A DNA stretch of 64,000 nucleotides from Eledone cirrhosa (Eukaryota). Every line of letters begins with the position of its first letter. Positions within the stretch are counted from its first letter, which is position 1. The translations under genes were made by a program, and so were the position numbers. Below are positions 51,783-64,000 of this stretch, in pieces. Below the pieces are notes generated by a model. It did no database searches and had not been told where the DNA came from. It saw only the letters and a program-made list of their open reading frames with translations. The stretch covers positions 208,072,001 to 208,136,000 of the forward strand of contig OZ024743.1 in NCBI GenBank assembly GCA_964016885.1, in the 5' to 3' direction.

Positions 51783-53551
51783 CTAGAATTACCAAATAAT
51801 GAAATTATATACAAACAGAATAACATAACAATACAAAGAGTAACATAACAATATTAAAATAATATGGAACAAATTAATCTCAACAATTTGCATCATCATC
51901 ATCATCGTTTAATATCTATTTTCCATGCTAGCATGGGTTAGACAAATTGTCCTGAGGTGAGACAAGTCAGCTCTGGTGACTATATCTTCCTCATACAGAA
52001 CTGTTTCTAGCTTGCCCTTCCTAAGGGCAACCACATTTACAGCATGAACTGGGTGCTTTTTGTCATGTCATCAACATGACCACATTACAGTGTGTACTGG
52101 GTGATTTTTGTCATGTCACCAACACAACCGCTTTACAGTGTGGACTAGGTGCTTTTTGTCACCAACACAACCTCTTTACAGTGTGTACAGGGTGCTTTTT
52201 ATCATGTCAGCAACACAACCTCTTTACAGTGTGTACTGACAATACAATCTTACATTAATAAGATGTATTTGATACCAAAACAAAGTTTTGTTAGGGTGTA
52301 TATTGATCCTAGATTATCACTGGTATTAAATGATGGTGATGATAATGAAGATTTCTATTAAAACTTTAATCAGATAGATTTCATTTATATGATTGCAGAA
52401 ACAAAACAAGAACTGTTCTTTATTGTGTATATTTCTGATGATATATTTGGTTTATACTTCCTTGGTATTATTTTTATTTTCTCAGATCTTTAAACAACTA
52501 TTGGTTCAAGGGAGCTTGACTACTGGCAACAAGATTTTCTGAGAGGGAGCTCACTAAGGTGCTTGGTTATTCCAGCACCTTAGCCGTGATATTAATCACA
52601 GCAATGCTGCAAGGCTCTTGGCTTACTTCAAAGATTATTAGAGGGAAACTATTGTAGTATTTAATTGAATGTGCAGTTCTTCTTTTGCTGCCCTTTTCCT
52701 GCTTTTTGTTTTCTTTCTTCCACCCCACCCCACCCCACCCTATAATTATTTTCTTTCTGTAAAATGTTAATATTTTAATTATTGTTTAAAAGAAACTGGA
52801 ATATTTGTTAAACAACTGTTAGGTAATAGAATTACTTCCATAAAATATGAAATGATTTGTTCAGTCATACAGTTAACCATTTCATTGCTGTGTTTCTCAC
52901 TTGAATTCATCATCATCATCGTCGTCATATAACGTCCATTTTTCCACGCTAACATGGGTTAGATAGGTTATCCCGTTTGAAGCAAGTTGGGTGAAAACTA
53001 TGGAGGGATTTATTAAAATGATTAATTATAATGTCTTGATATTAAGATAGTATTTGTAACATAACTAACTTAACAAAACTTGAAATTATGTTGGAAATTT
53101 TGTTAAATGAGTGGTTTTGTTTGATGGAACCAGGGCTAGTTTTGGGTGGTTAGATGTCAAAAAAGTTAATAGTAAAGCCCAACGAACATTTCAACAAATT
53201 TTAACACATGAAGTATTATAGTTCTTGATGGTGATGTAAGCATATCAAATTAAAATAAACTTCATTCTAAGGCAGAATCTCCAAACAATTTAACTAGATA
53301 ACTACAGATTAATTTTCAGAAATTGAATGGCATTATTTGACATTTTCTAGTATCATCATCACCGTTTAATGTCCATTTTTTCATGCTAGCATGGGTCAGA
53401 CAAGTTGTCCTGTACTGAGAAATGCCGGGCAGGTGACCATGCTTTGCTCATACAGAACAGCTTTTGGCTTGGTTTCTACAGCTGGATGCCCTTCTTACAG
53501 TATATGAATAAAAATCAGACTAACACTAATAGTGTAATAAAATGTACTTAC

Positions 53552-53676
53552 TGTGTATTTGAACTCTTTTTCTACCCCCACACACCTGCTTCTTGTTAGC
53601 AGGACATGTAATATTGCATTCAATATCAGGAGTCTTTATTAAATCATCATACACTTGTCCACATACACAATACACC
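53552..53676 (-). CDS. WSC-domain protein, internal exon (C-terminal half of WSC domain 1)
   Basis: Acceptor ttcttctttttttag, donor gtaagt; 125 nt, phase 2 to 1. Translates VYCVCGQVYDDLIKTPDIECNITCPANKKQVCGGRKRVQIH, matching the WSC CxCG...CxxxC...CGG pattern. The upstream exon (N-half of this domain) was not found in the window. Confidence 0.88.
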
Positions 53677-54514
53677 CTAAAAAAAGAAGAATGAACCAAC
53701 TTTGGCAATAAATCTGACTATATCATCATCATCATCATCATCACTGTTTAACGTTCATTTTTATCATCATATATATTTATCATCATTTAACGTCCATTTT
53801 TCCACGTTAGTATGGGTTAGACAAGTTGTCCTGTAGTGAGTCATGTCAGGTCAGGTGACCATGTCTTGCTCATACAGAACTGGTTCTGGTTTAGTTTCTA
53901 CGACTGGATGCCCTTCCTAATGCCAACCACATTTACAGTGTGTACTGGTTATTTTTGTTGTGATACCAACATGACCACTTTACAGTGTGGGCTAGGTGTT
54001 TTTGTTGTGACAACCTACATGACCACTTTACCGTGTGGGCTGGGTGTTTTTGTTATGATAACCACTTCACAAAAAATAAAAAAAAGATATGAAATTCTAA
54101 GCCTTTGCTGAAATACTGAACACATATCCTAGCAGAAATGGTTGTTTCCCACAAAACCTCTGCTAAAAGCTAAGGGATCTGCTATATTACAAACTAACTA
54201 AGAGAAAATACCCTGTTAAACATCTGTAATAGGAAATCCCATTCCTTTGTTGTGCAGTTTTTATAATATTTAGGTTATACAACCATATGACCCACAATGG
54301 TAGTGAGGTATAGCATCTAGAGTGATTGCAAGGGCCTTAATTATACATTCACCATAAGACCCTCAGTGATAGTGAGGCCTAGCATTTAGAGTGGTTGCAA
54401 CAGCCTTAATTATTATCTGATGCTTAGGTTTAAGGGGGTTTCCGTAATTTCTTTATATGAGCAGTAATTGTGTGTGTGTGGGGGGGGGGGGTCACTTCTA
54501 TCAATGAAACCACA

Positions 54515-54835
54515 GCACAACTACTAACAACACAACCAACAACAACTAACAATACTAACAGCACAACATCTATTAGCAACTACTAACAACACAACGTGAT
54601 CAACAACAGCAACAGCACATCTATTAACAACACTAACAACACAACCACCAACAACAACAACACTAACAATACTAACAACACAACCAACAACAACAACACT
54701 AACAATACTAACAACACAACCAACAATACCAACAACACAACCAACATCATCAACAACACTACCAACACAACCAACAACACCCACACTACCAATAACAACA
54801 CCAGCAACAACAAACAACAACAACACTTCAACACT
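54515..54835. repeat. (AAC)n-like low-complexity repeat
   Basis: Degenerate aacaacact/acc triplets. Confidence 0.9.
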
Positions 54836-56307
54836 ATTGTTGCACTATTACCATCAGCAGCAGCAGTAGTAGCAGTACTACCACCATTACACCAATGTTG
54901 TCTCCTTTACCAAGGACTGATAACAAGAGAGAGAGAGAGAGAGAGAGAGAGGGTGGTGAGAGATATCTTCAGTATAAGAGGAGATAAAGTCAAGGGGTTG
55001 TTGGTGGTTGAAGGAGTTTAGAGGGAAGTAGAAGAAGCAGATGTATTTGAAAGAATGGGGAAGGGAGACTTGGTGATATCCAGGTGATAGGGAGGGTCAC
55101 CATCATTATCATCAGTTTTATCTTCACTTTTCCATTGGCATCAGTTTTGACAGATTATTTGAAGCAAGGTTTAACAAGCCGATGCCCTTCCTGATGCCAA
55201 CCCTTTTACAACATGCAGTGTAACTATTCTAAAAAACTGGGATACACATGGAGTAATCTATATATGTACAAACATCTCCCTTCAAAGTGAAGCTTGAGTA
55301 AAGCGTGTACCTTTAACAGTAAAGGTGATCTACATAGAGGATGTGGGGTTGAAAGATGCATGTTTTCGATGTGGAGTATGCATATTGGTAAGGGGTGATG
55401 TTTGGGGTTTAATTTTGATATGAAAGGAATGAAAACTGTCCAGCTGGTTTATTTCTAGTTTTAAAATTCTCATGAGTGGAGAATATATTTAGGAAGTTTT
55501 AATATTTTCATATTTAAAATGTTTTAAGTGTTGTTAAAGTATAGTCTTTGTTTCATAACTCCATTATGTAATGATTTTTTCTGACCAGCTTCAAGGTCAA
55601 TCAAAACAGGAAAAACAAAAGGAAATACGAATTTCATGTCGAAAATGAAACCAGTGATAGTAAGAAACTCTCAGAAGTGGACAGCAGAAGGTCTTCTTTT
55701 GAAGTTAGTAAAAATCGGCAAAATATTGATATCTACTATAAGCTGACCCTTCCATTTTGCCATAATTTTTTTTTCTGTCACATATTTCTCAGTTTATATA
55801 CAAGTATATACAGTAATTTAATTGCTTATATATTGACCTTAATAGATATGTCTTATTTTAAGTTTTGTTGTTAACTCAAAATATATTTTGATAATATTGT
55901 TTGATTGAAGGAACCAGTCTATAAATGTAGAAAGTTATTTTGATGTACTTTAGTTGTTTTTTTTTAAATTTTATTATAGAAAAAGAGATTTAACATATCT
56001 TTATCACAATGAACATAAGTTTAGCCTGTGGCAATGAATAGGTATTGAACTTTTGAACTAATAAACAACACAAAACAATCTCTCTAATGTTTTAATGTTT
56101 AGCTTCCCTCTAGTAGCACTTAAGTCAGTGAAAATATCCAACTGAGCCATTAATATCAGCTTTAGGACTTCTTCATATTATTATAAAATCTCATCCAAGA
56201 TCAGGGCTTTTATTTTATATATTTTTTTTTATAAGGCAGACTTTATCAACATGAATGTTGGAATTTAAATTGTGGGTAAATATATATATATATCATTATT
56301 TAATATA

Positions 56308-56482
56308 GGCGGTGGATTGGCAGTATCGGTAGAGGGTCGGACGCCATGCTGTCCAGCATAGTTACGTCCCTTTACGATCTGAGTTCAAATCCCGCCGAGG
56401 TTGACTTTGCCTTTCATCCTTACGGGGTCGATAAAATAAAGTACCAGTGCTGGCTTTGTGCCTAAAGTAGAAACAATTATTT
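56308..56482 (+). mobile_element. Young tRNA-derived SINE S1 with TSD
   Basis: A-box-like tggcagtatcgg; B-box gagttcaaatcc; attatttaatatagg duplicated on both sides. Confidence 0.85.
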
Positions 56483-56489
56483 AATATAG

Positions 56490-56552
56490 GACTTCTACGG
56501 GACTAGAAATGTTTCATCCATATGAAATCATCAGGTGCATTCCTGTAGAAGC
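56490..56552 (-). ncRNA. Hammerhead-like motif
   Basis: ggcttctacagg..CTGATGA-tttcatatggat-GAAAC-atttcta-GTC-ccgtagaagtc; imperfect stems. Confidence 0.45.
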
Positions 56553-56764
56553 CATTTCTATATTAAATGGTGATGTTTACACTCTACTATTGCATTGAGT
56601 ACCTTATTAACTGTGACGATGATGGTGGTGGTGGTGATGATGATGATATAAAGAACATCTTCCACCCTTTTGCAGTATGTTTTCTTTTTTTTTTACAATT
56701 AAGTTTTATTTTCTTATTTGAAAATTCACTGCAGACACCACACTAACTTACAGCATGTTATATA

Positions 56765-57845
56765 TACTAGCAGTGTATCCCGGCGTTGCATGGGTAAGAA
56801 CATTGGTAATAGCACCTCCAATAAGAAATGTTTATTTGTGAGTGCCTGTTAAAAACTCACGAACTGGACATGCTCACCGACATCCAGAGTTGACACTGCA
56901 CTCAGTGCTCCTGTGGGAGCCCCTGCATGGACACACTGAAAGAAGAAGACCGAGGTTAACATATGTTGATGTCCTAAGGACAGACACTTGTTTGTTGGAG
57001 ACGCAAGAGATGGCAGTGATAATGAGGGACAGAGACCGCTGGAGTGAACTCATCCATGGATCTCGGGAATTTTACCCGCCCTAGATAGATAGATAGATAT
57101 ATATTTATGTGTATGTATATATATGGAGGCACATGGCTTAGTGGTTAGAGCATTGGGCTTGCAATTGAAAGGTTGTGAGTTCAATTCTCACACCGGGTGA
57201 TGTGTTGTTTCCTTGAGCAAGACACTTTATTTCACATTGCTCCAGTTTACTCAGCTGTAGAAATGAGATGATAGGGACTGGGGTCCCTATCATTCCACTG
57301 CAAAGTGGTCGTGGAGGTGCCACGGCAAAAAAGCACCCAGCACTCACTGTAAATGAGGTTGGTGTTAGGAAGGGCATCCAGCTGTAGAAATCAAGCCAAA
57401 ATCAGTTCCTGTCCCACCCTTGCAAGCAGGGAAAAGCGGACGTAAAATGATGATGATGATGATGATGATATATATGTGTTTGTATATGTATATATACATA
57501 TATATACATATATATGTATGTATGTATGTGTGTATATGTATATATGTGTGTATATGTATATGTGTATATATATATATACGTATATGTATGTGTGTGTGCG
57601 TGCGTGTGAATGTGGTAAAGATAATACGACAGATATTATAAGGGCGCGACGGCGATCGATAGCCGGCACCTAACACCCTTTAACAATTGAAAAATAAAAG
57701 CTGCAGTTAATATCTTTAGACCGCAAGGAATATATAAATGCAAGTTTGAAGTCAATCGGAGTAGAAATATGGATTTGTATAGACTTTGCAAAAATGAGGA
57801 CACACACACACAAAGACAACTACAGTTTTATATATATGTATAGAT
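56765..57845. mobile_element. Helitron/Helentron-derived (HINE-like) element with nested RTE-type fragment (56850-57085) and SINE
   Basis: One end actagcagtgtatcccggcgttgcatggg; the other aagtttgaagtcaatcgg...acacac...ttttatatata. Confidence 0.45.
57125..57468 (+). mobile_element. SINE S2 head joined to RTE-type 3' tail
   Basis: tggcttagtggttagagc...gagttcaattc; ccttgagcaagacacttt; then ggttggtgttaggaagggcatccagc...(GAT)n. Confidence 0.75.
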
Positions 57846-57866
57846 ATATATATATATATATATATA

Positions 57867-57896
<30 letters not shown>

Positions 57897-57899
<3 letters not shown>

Positions 57900-58759
57900 T
57901 GATACTTCGCAGTACGAGTTTAATTCATTCCATGACTGAGCTTGTTTTACAAATCAATTTTCCCCATTGAAATTAATTAAAATATAGTTACTACATTCCA
58001 ACCCCACAAAACCACCCCAAAATAATTTTTTATGGGTTTTAAAACAGAAAAAGTATAGTTACAAGGGAAATGACAATTATAAAAACATAATAAAAGAGAA
58101 TGCAACGATTTGTGTGCGAGGGAGATGATGGAACGGGGAGGAGGAGAATTATTGTTTGGAAGGAGAATCTCCTTCCATTAAGATTTCAGGAAGAACAATT
58201 TCTGATGTTTTCTCTCTGACTTCACTTTATTTAGGCTTTTTGGACACTTTCTTCACTTGTAGGTTGTTTCATTAGAAACATCAAAAGAAGTCTGCTTTTT
58301 CCTGCCTTTCAAAATGTTACGAAAATGCGCCGGAGCAGTGTAATTAAATAAAGCAGCTGCACATCATGTAGATACTTTTTCAGGATGATTTTTTTCTATA
58401 AATTCAGAAACATCCTGTCACTTGCCAACACTGCCTTTATGTCAGAGATAGCCTTCTCTGCTACAATGTCCTCCTTCGGGGAACCAATCTCTTCCACAAA
58501 TTATTATAAAATAATAGCAAAAAAACTAAAAAAAAAAAACACTGGGACAAACACAATAAAGATACTGCCACGAGATAAACGCGTGAACTGAGCAAGTGGA
58601 GATTATGCTTGTTGGGAGAGTGTGTGTAAGCTCAGCACCGACTAGCGGTCACTTGCATGAAACTCGCTCATACTGCGGATTTCCACTCATACTACAAGAC
58701 AAAAATTTACATGAGCCTCAGCTTATACAGCAAATTACTCGCACTGTGAGGTTCTACTA
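57897..58759 (-). mobile_element. Tigger/pogo DNA transposon, internally deleted
   Basis: TIR-like cagtgatacttcgcagtacgagt / actcgcactgtgaggttctact within (TA)n. Minus strand encodes SEFIEKNHPEKVST...HFRNILKGRKKQTS, resembling a Tigger transposase C-terminus. Confidence 0.72.
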
Positions 58760-59969
58760 TATATATATATATATATACACATGTATGTATATATGGGCCA
58801 ATGGTGCACAAATATGTTATATTATATAGAAACAGCATAAACATTCTCTCTCTTTCTTTCTTTTCCCTGATGTTTCTAATTAAGTTCAATTAATTTAGAT
58901 TTTTTATTATTCATATTCTATTTTAAGAATAGCAGGCACCAATTTTATATTATATATCAACTTAACTAATTTATTTCAATTCAGAGAAAAAAAAAAAAAT
59001 TCTCTGGATACTTTGAAGGACACAAAAACCCTTCAAACGTTTGCTGAAGGAATCTTTATCATGTGACTCTTGAAACTGTATTCCCCAATTAAGTACAAAC
59101 AGGTGATAGCACATGCTGCTTGAATAAATAAAAATAAATAAAAAAATAAATCCTACAACCAAATTTATAAACTTCTCCCCTAAAAAATCTTTATCTGCAG
59201 GCATAGAAAGGCTTAAAAATAGGAAACAATCATATGTTCAAAGATAGGATATTCAAATGTTCCTGCTGGCTTTATGAGTGCCCATGACAATAGAACATGT
59301 CCATGTCATCAGCTACTTCAGTGAAAACTTATCTGAATACTGAAAACTAACCAGCCTAGCAATGGCAGACTACAACATAAAATATAAATAAAAAAAATAA
59401 CCTATTCCATTCTTTACACAAGTTGCTGTGATGAAAGAAATAGTTTTAACAAAAGATCAAGGTTAAAATAGAAGCCCTTGATAGGATATACCATTATTTG
59501 TAGTGGGGGTCATCAGATCAGACTACATTGTAGTAAGGGTACTATGAACCCAAAGGCTTCTTAAGAAAGCTTAACTTTGATGGATATTAGCTGGGGAAAT
59601 TCAATAAAAGGATATATATACTCTCTTTTTTTTAATGTATAATTTATAAGGAAATTTTGCAGATGATAGATTGTGAAATTGACAACACAATAGCAAATGA
59701 GAATTTGGTAACTATGGCTGGACTGACATACAAAAGATATTTTTTAAAATACTTAATGTTATATTAAAAGAGAATTACTGTTTACTTGTGCTACATGACA
59801 GACAGGAGGATAAAGCTAACACCTGTCATACAATAATTCCAATGCTGTTGTGTTAAGACTATCAAATATATTCTTCTAATGCCATTAAATATATAGAAGG
59901 AATTGTAAACAACCATTGACTTAGGAAGATTTGGGAAAATTGAAATGTGTGCTCCCCACAGCAAATAAC

Positions 59970-60360
59970 TATAATAATAATAATGGCTTCTGATTTAGGA
60001 ACAAAGCCAACAATTTTTGGGAAGAGAAAGTTGATTAAATCACCCCAGTTTGTTACTGGTACTTTATTTTATCGACCCTCGAGAGAATGAAAGGCGAAGC
60101 TAACCCCAGCAGGATTTGAACTCAGAACGTAAAGGGATGTAGTTATATACCCCAAAGCATGTTGTCCGACACTCTGCTAATACTGCCAATCCACCACCAT
60201 GCAAATAACTATAATAATAATAATGGTTTCTGATTTAGGCACAAGGCCAACAGTTTTGGAGAGGAGAAAGTTGATTAAATCTACTCCAGTGCATTACTGG
60301 TATTTTATTTTATCAATCTCATAAGACTGAAAGGCAAAGCTAACCTCAGCGAGATTTATA
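59970..60360 (-). mobile_element. Two tandem SINE S1 copies
   Basis: Reverse-complement S1 motifs, each preceded by gcaaataactataataataataatgg. Confidence 0.75.
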
Positions 60361-60869
60361 CATGATAGATGAGAAAATCAGCTAAAGTACTACTGGAGAT
60401 GGAAAAAAAGTGGAAAGGGTCACCTGTGAAGAATTGAACCCCCACATCTCTCAAGATTAAGAGGTCAATTCCTCACAAGATGCCAGGTTCAATTCTCAAC
60501 TATTAGTTATATATGGTCCAGTAACTCCTGAAGGAGTTGTAGGGCCGCCATATTGACATACGGAAGTTCTAGGGCATTTTTAAAACCTGGTAAAGTTCAT
60601 CTCTTCTCTGGGTTTAAACACAGCTGATTTCTTCCAGAGAAGAATCTAGAGAATGAGAGAGAAATAGGAAGTGAGATAGAGATATAGAGGACGAATTGAC
60701 CCCAGTACTGGACTGGTACCTTTTTTTTGTATCAACCTCAAATGGATGAAAGGCAAAGTTGACCTCAGTGAGATTTGATCTGATAAAGCAGAAATCGAAA
60801 ACAAAAACCATAAAGCATTATTATAGTCATTTGCATTGGGATGCATTCATTTCAAATACAGAACTTTGT

Positions 60870-61300
60870 CTCTAGGTAAGAGCAGGTGTCTCATCTGGAA
60901 CATCAAAGTCAGTGACTCTTTTGCTCCCTCCCACATCATGCATGGCACGGTAAATGTGAGGGTCACTGCTTCCGTTGCCGAATGGGATAAAATCTTAAAA
61001 TAATGGGAACTATCAAATAATTATTCTTTTCCAGCCTGTAACGTTTGAGACGTTTGGTGGAGTCGGGCCGCTGACAGCGAAGTTTTTGTCATCGCTGGTT
61101 GCTCACCTTACTGAGGGTGCCTGGCTGTTTCAGTGCCTTAGTCACACCATCACCCAGCCTTACTGAGATGTTAAGTGGTGCTTGGTTATTTCAGCACCTT
61201 AGCCTCGCCATCACCCATGGTAATGTTGTGAGTGTATTGGCTTGCCTCAAAATTTCCACTGATCCTTGTAGTGCCTGGCCAATTGTCACACTTGGTGGTA
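60870..61300 (+). mobile_element. CRE-like RLE fragment
   Basis: LIWNIKVSDSFAPSH...FQPVTFETFGGVGP...AWLFQHLSLAITHGN. Confidence 0.7.
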
Positions 61301-61645
61301 AATTGATGGTCGTTTTTGTTTGTTTTTTCTTTCCTTTTCTTTTTCTCTCACTTTAACCATATATTTTTGTGTATTATATTTGTGAGGTTCCTAACAATAA
61401 TTAATTGTATTTATTAGATGTGTTTAAAAGAAAGAAATTGTTTTCTATTAAACTGATAACTGGAATATCAATAAGTCCAGGTCAAAACATCTTCAAGAGA
61501 AATCAGAAGGAAATTTAAAATATATTTAATTTTCTAATTTGATTATTAAACACAGAAATCTACTTAATAAACAGACAAAACTGAAATAAAAACAAGTAAA
61601 ATATTTTACACAAATGTGTATATTTTTCTTGTAAATTTGTGTGTA

Positions 61646-61695
<50 letters not shown>

Positions 61696-62135
61696 AATTT
61701 ACAAGCAATATATATATACACAGAGAGAGAGAGAGAGGTTGTGAGAGCTGACCTCTAATTGGTAAGACTGGAAGAGATGACGAGAAGGAACATGACATGT
61801 GGAGAGATGCCATGCTGAGCAGGACCCATTCAACCCATGCAAGCGTGGAAAAGCAGATGTAAAAATGATGATGATGATTTCAAATGAATGAAACCGTTTT
61901 TGTCATGTAGAAGTCATTTCTATATTTAAATATATATATGTTAAATGAAGATAATAGTACACAGACACTCAGACACAGATAGATACACACACAGGCACAC
62001 TCACACATATACACAATGAAATTTCTTTCATAAAAATGTTATATTTTCCTAGCTTTACTCTGCTTTTGTATAGCTAAACAGAGGAAGTAAGTAAACAAGA
62101 AGAGACTAACATTAAACAATAATAATAATAATAAC

Positions 62136-62169
<34 letters not shown>

Positions 62170-62719
62170 GTATAATGATGATAAAATAGTAAAAATCAAA
62201 TGTATGTTTGTCAGTGTTGTAGATATATTAGCAGCTGCATGTAAAGCAGCTGCTATCAGCAGATGTTGATCTGTGAGATTGGTTCAGCTATTGTTAATCA
62301 CTGATAGCCCATGCAATTCTTATTGTGTTTTCTTCAACACAAGAAACTGATGACAACCATCTGAAGTCTCCTGAAAACAACAAATAATTCAAGACCAGTT
62401 CAACACTTCTCAACTAAGAATCACACTTTTCGTTGGTTTCTTTGGGGTTTTTTAATATCTTTTTCTCTCCATTTCATCACAATTAAATTCTGCTGTACTT
62501 ATTATGTATATGAAGAAAAAATAAAAATAAATAAAAACTAAAGGAATTTCGCCTCTGGAATTGGAATAATGGGTATAAAAAAATATTAAACTGAAACCTT
62601 TAGGGCGTTTTTTTTTGTTTTTGCCTAAATTAATGTTTCCTTTATTTTCTAAAATTCATTGGCTTCATAAAACTATGAAAAATGTTGGTATAGACTATAC
62701 ACACACACATATATATATA

Positions 62720-63188
62720 AGGATGACAGCTGCATAAAAAGGTGCAGACCACTAGAAGTCGATGGAAGCTGCGGAGTGGGGAGACCCAAGAAGACCTGAG
62801 ATGAGGTGGTAAAAGCTGACCTTACTCAATTACACCTCTCAAAGGCGATGACACACGACCGTGACCTCTGGTGTTACGCAGTAATACAGAAGACCTGACC
62901 CCCCCCCCCATGGGTACAAGCCAAAGCTGAAGCATATAGACAATATGTCCCCACCCTCCCACTGCAAAGTCGTCGTGGAGGAGCCCACGGCAAAAAAGCA
63001 CCCAGCACTCACTCTAAACGAGGTTGGTGTTAGGAAGGGCATCCAGCTGTAGAAATCAAGCCAGAATCAGTTCCCGTATGAGCAAGACATGGTCAGCTGA
63101 CCAGCTACTGCCCACAACAAGACAATCCGTCTAACCCCTGCTAGCGTGGAAGAACGGACGCAAAACGGTGATGATGATGATGATGATA
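62720..63188 (+). mobile_element. RTE 3' fragment / RTE-tail SINE-like element
   Basis: KDDSCIKRC...GRPKKT motif plus the shared 3' UTR and (GAT)n. Similar tail-only copies at ~320-480, 964-1075, 8758-8970, 51890-52240 and 53720-54070. Confidence 0.8.
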
Positions 63189-64000
63189 TATATATACACA
63201 CACACACATATATATATAACATATATATATGTCACATTGAATGTTGAGTGTTTCAATTGTTAATTGTCTGATTAACAAAACAGCTTCCTCATGAAATTAA
63301 CATGTAAGGAGTTTGAGTATTCCACAGGGAGATTCTGCATGACACAATGTATGACATTACTGATCCATTGAATTACAAGTCCAGTCCATTTTAACGGGCT
63401 TCCAAACAGTTTCTGTCTACCCAGTTTAACTCCCAAGGCATGGGTCAACCTGCAGCTATGGTAAACATACCCAAGTGACATTTGAACCTGAAACCTAATG
63501 ACTGTCAAGCAAACTTCTTAACCATTAAACTATGATGTGTCTGTCTACTTTAAAAGGCTTCTGCTATTTTATATAACAAATTGGCAGAGTTGTTAGAACA
63601 TAGGATAGAATGCTTTGTGGTATTGGTTTCAGCTTTCTGCTCTCTGAGTTCAAAACCCACTGAGGTCAACTTTGTCTTTCATTTATTTGAGGTTGATAAA
63701 AAAAAGTACCAGTCTAGTACTGGGGTTGATTCTTCCTCTGTGTCGCTTTCTCTCGTCTTTTCTCTCACTTTCTATCCTTCTCTGAAAGAAATCTGTTGTA
63801 TTCAGATCTGGAGAGAAGATGAACTCCACCAGGTTTTAAAATGCCCTACAACTCCCCCAGGAGTTACGGAACCAGTCATGCATACATAGCTAATGATTGT
63901 TCACTGATAGTAGTAACAACATAAGAAATTGAGAGAAGAAATCTTTTGTAAACAGAAAACTGCAATATCTGGAGATAAGTTTGTGCCTTTCTATAAAGGA

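Noticed and set aside
54524-55021. Asn/Thr- or Val/Leu-rich ORFs
   Set aside because: Translations of an AAC microsatellite.
56308-56400. tRNA gene
   Set aside because: Only A/B boxes with no cloverleaf; multi-copy with tail and TSD, so a SINE.
62229-62255. Perfect 10-bp hairpin tagcagctgc/gcagctgcta
   Set aside because: Arms are themselves a short palindromic repeat; too small to interpret.

Overview
AT-rich, repeat-dense animal genomic DNA. The SINE/RTE repertoire and the (TA)n, (CA)n and (GAT)n microsatellites suggest an octopus or other cephalopod (inference). Most of the window is transposon-derived: RTE-clade LINEs, Penelope-like elements with hammerhead ribozyme motifs, CR1, Daphne/L2 and CRE-like fragments, tRNA-derived SINEs, Tigger/hAT/piggyBac-like DNA elements, and several minisatellites. 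One host gene can be reconstructed on the minus strand from six phase-compatible GT-AG exons (53676 down to 16926). It encodes the C-terminal part of a tandem WSC-domain protein ending ...VYDERMVFN*. The most striking signal is at that stop codon: its TAA overlaps the ATG (TAATG) of a 52-codon, 63% GC ORF (16926-16768). This ORF exactly fills a GC island in AT-rich DNA and is followed by AATAAA, making it a candidate stop-start (termination-reinitiation) bicistronic arrangement. A young RTE copy shows a twin-priming-type 5' inversion. All calls are by eye; no searches were run.
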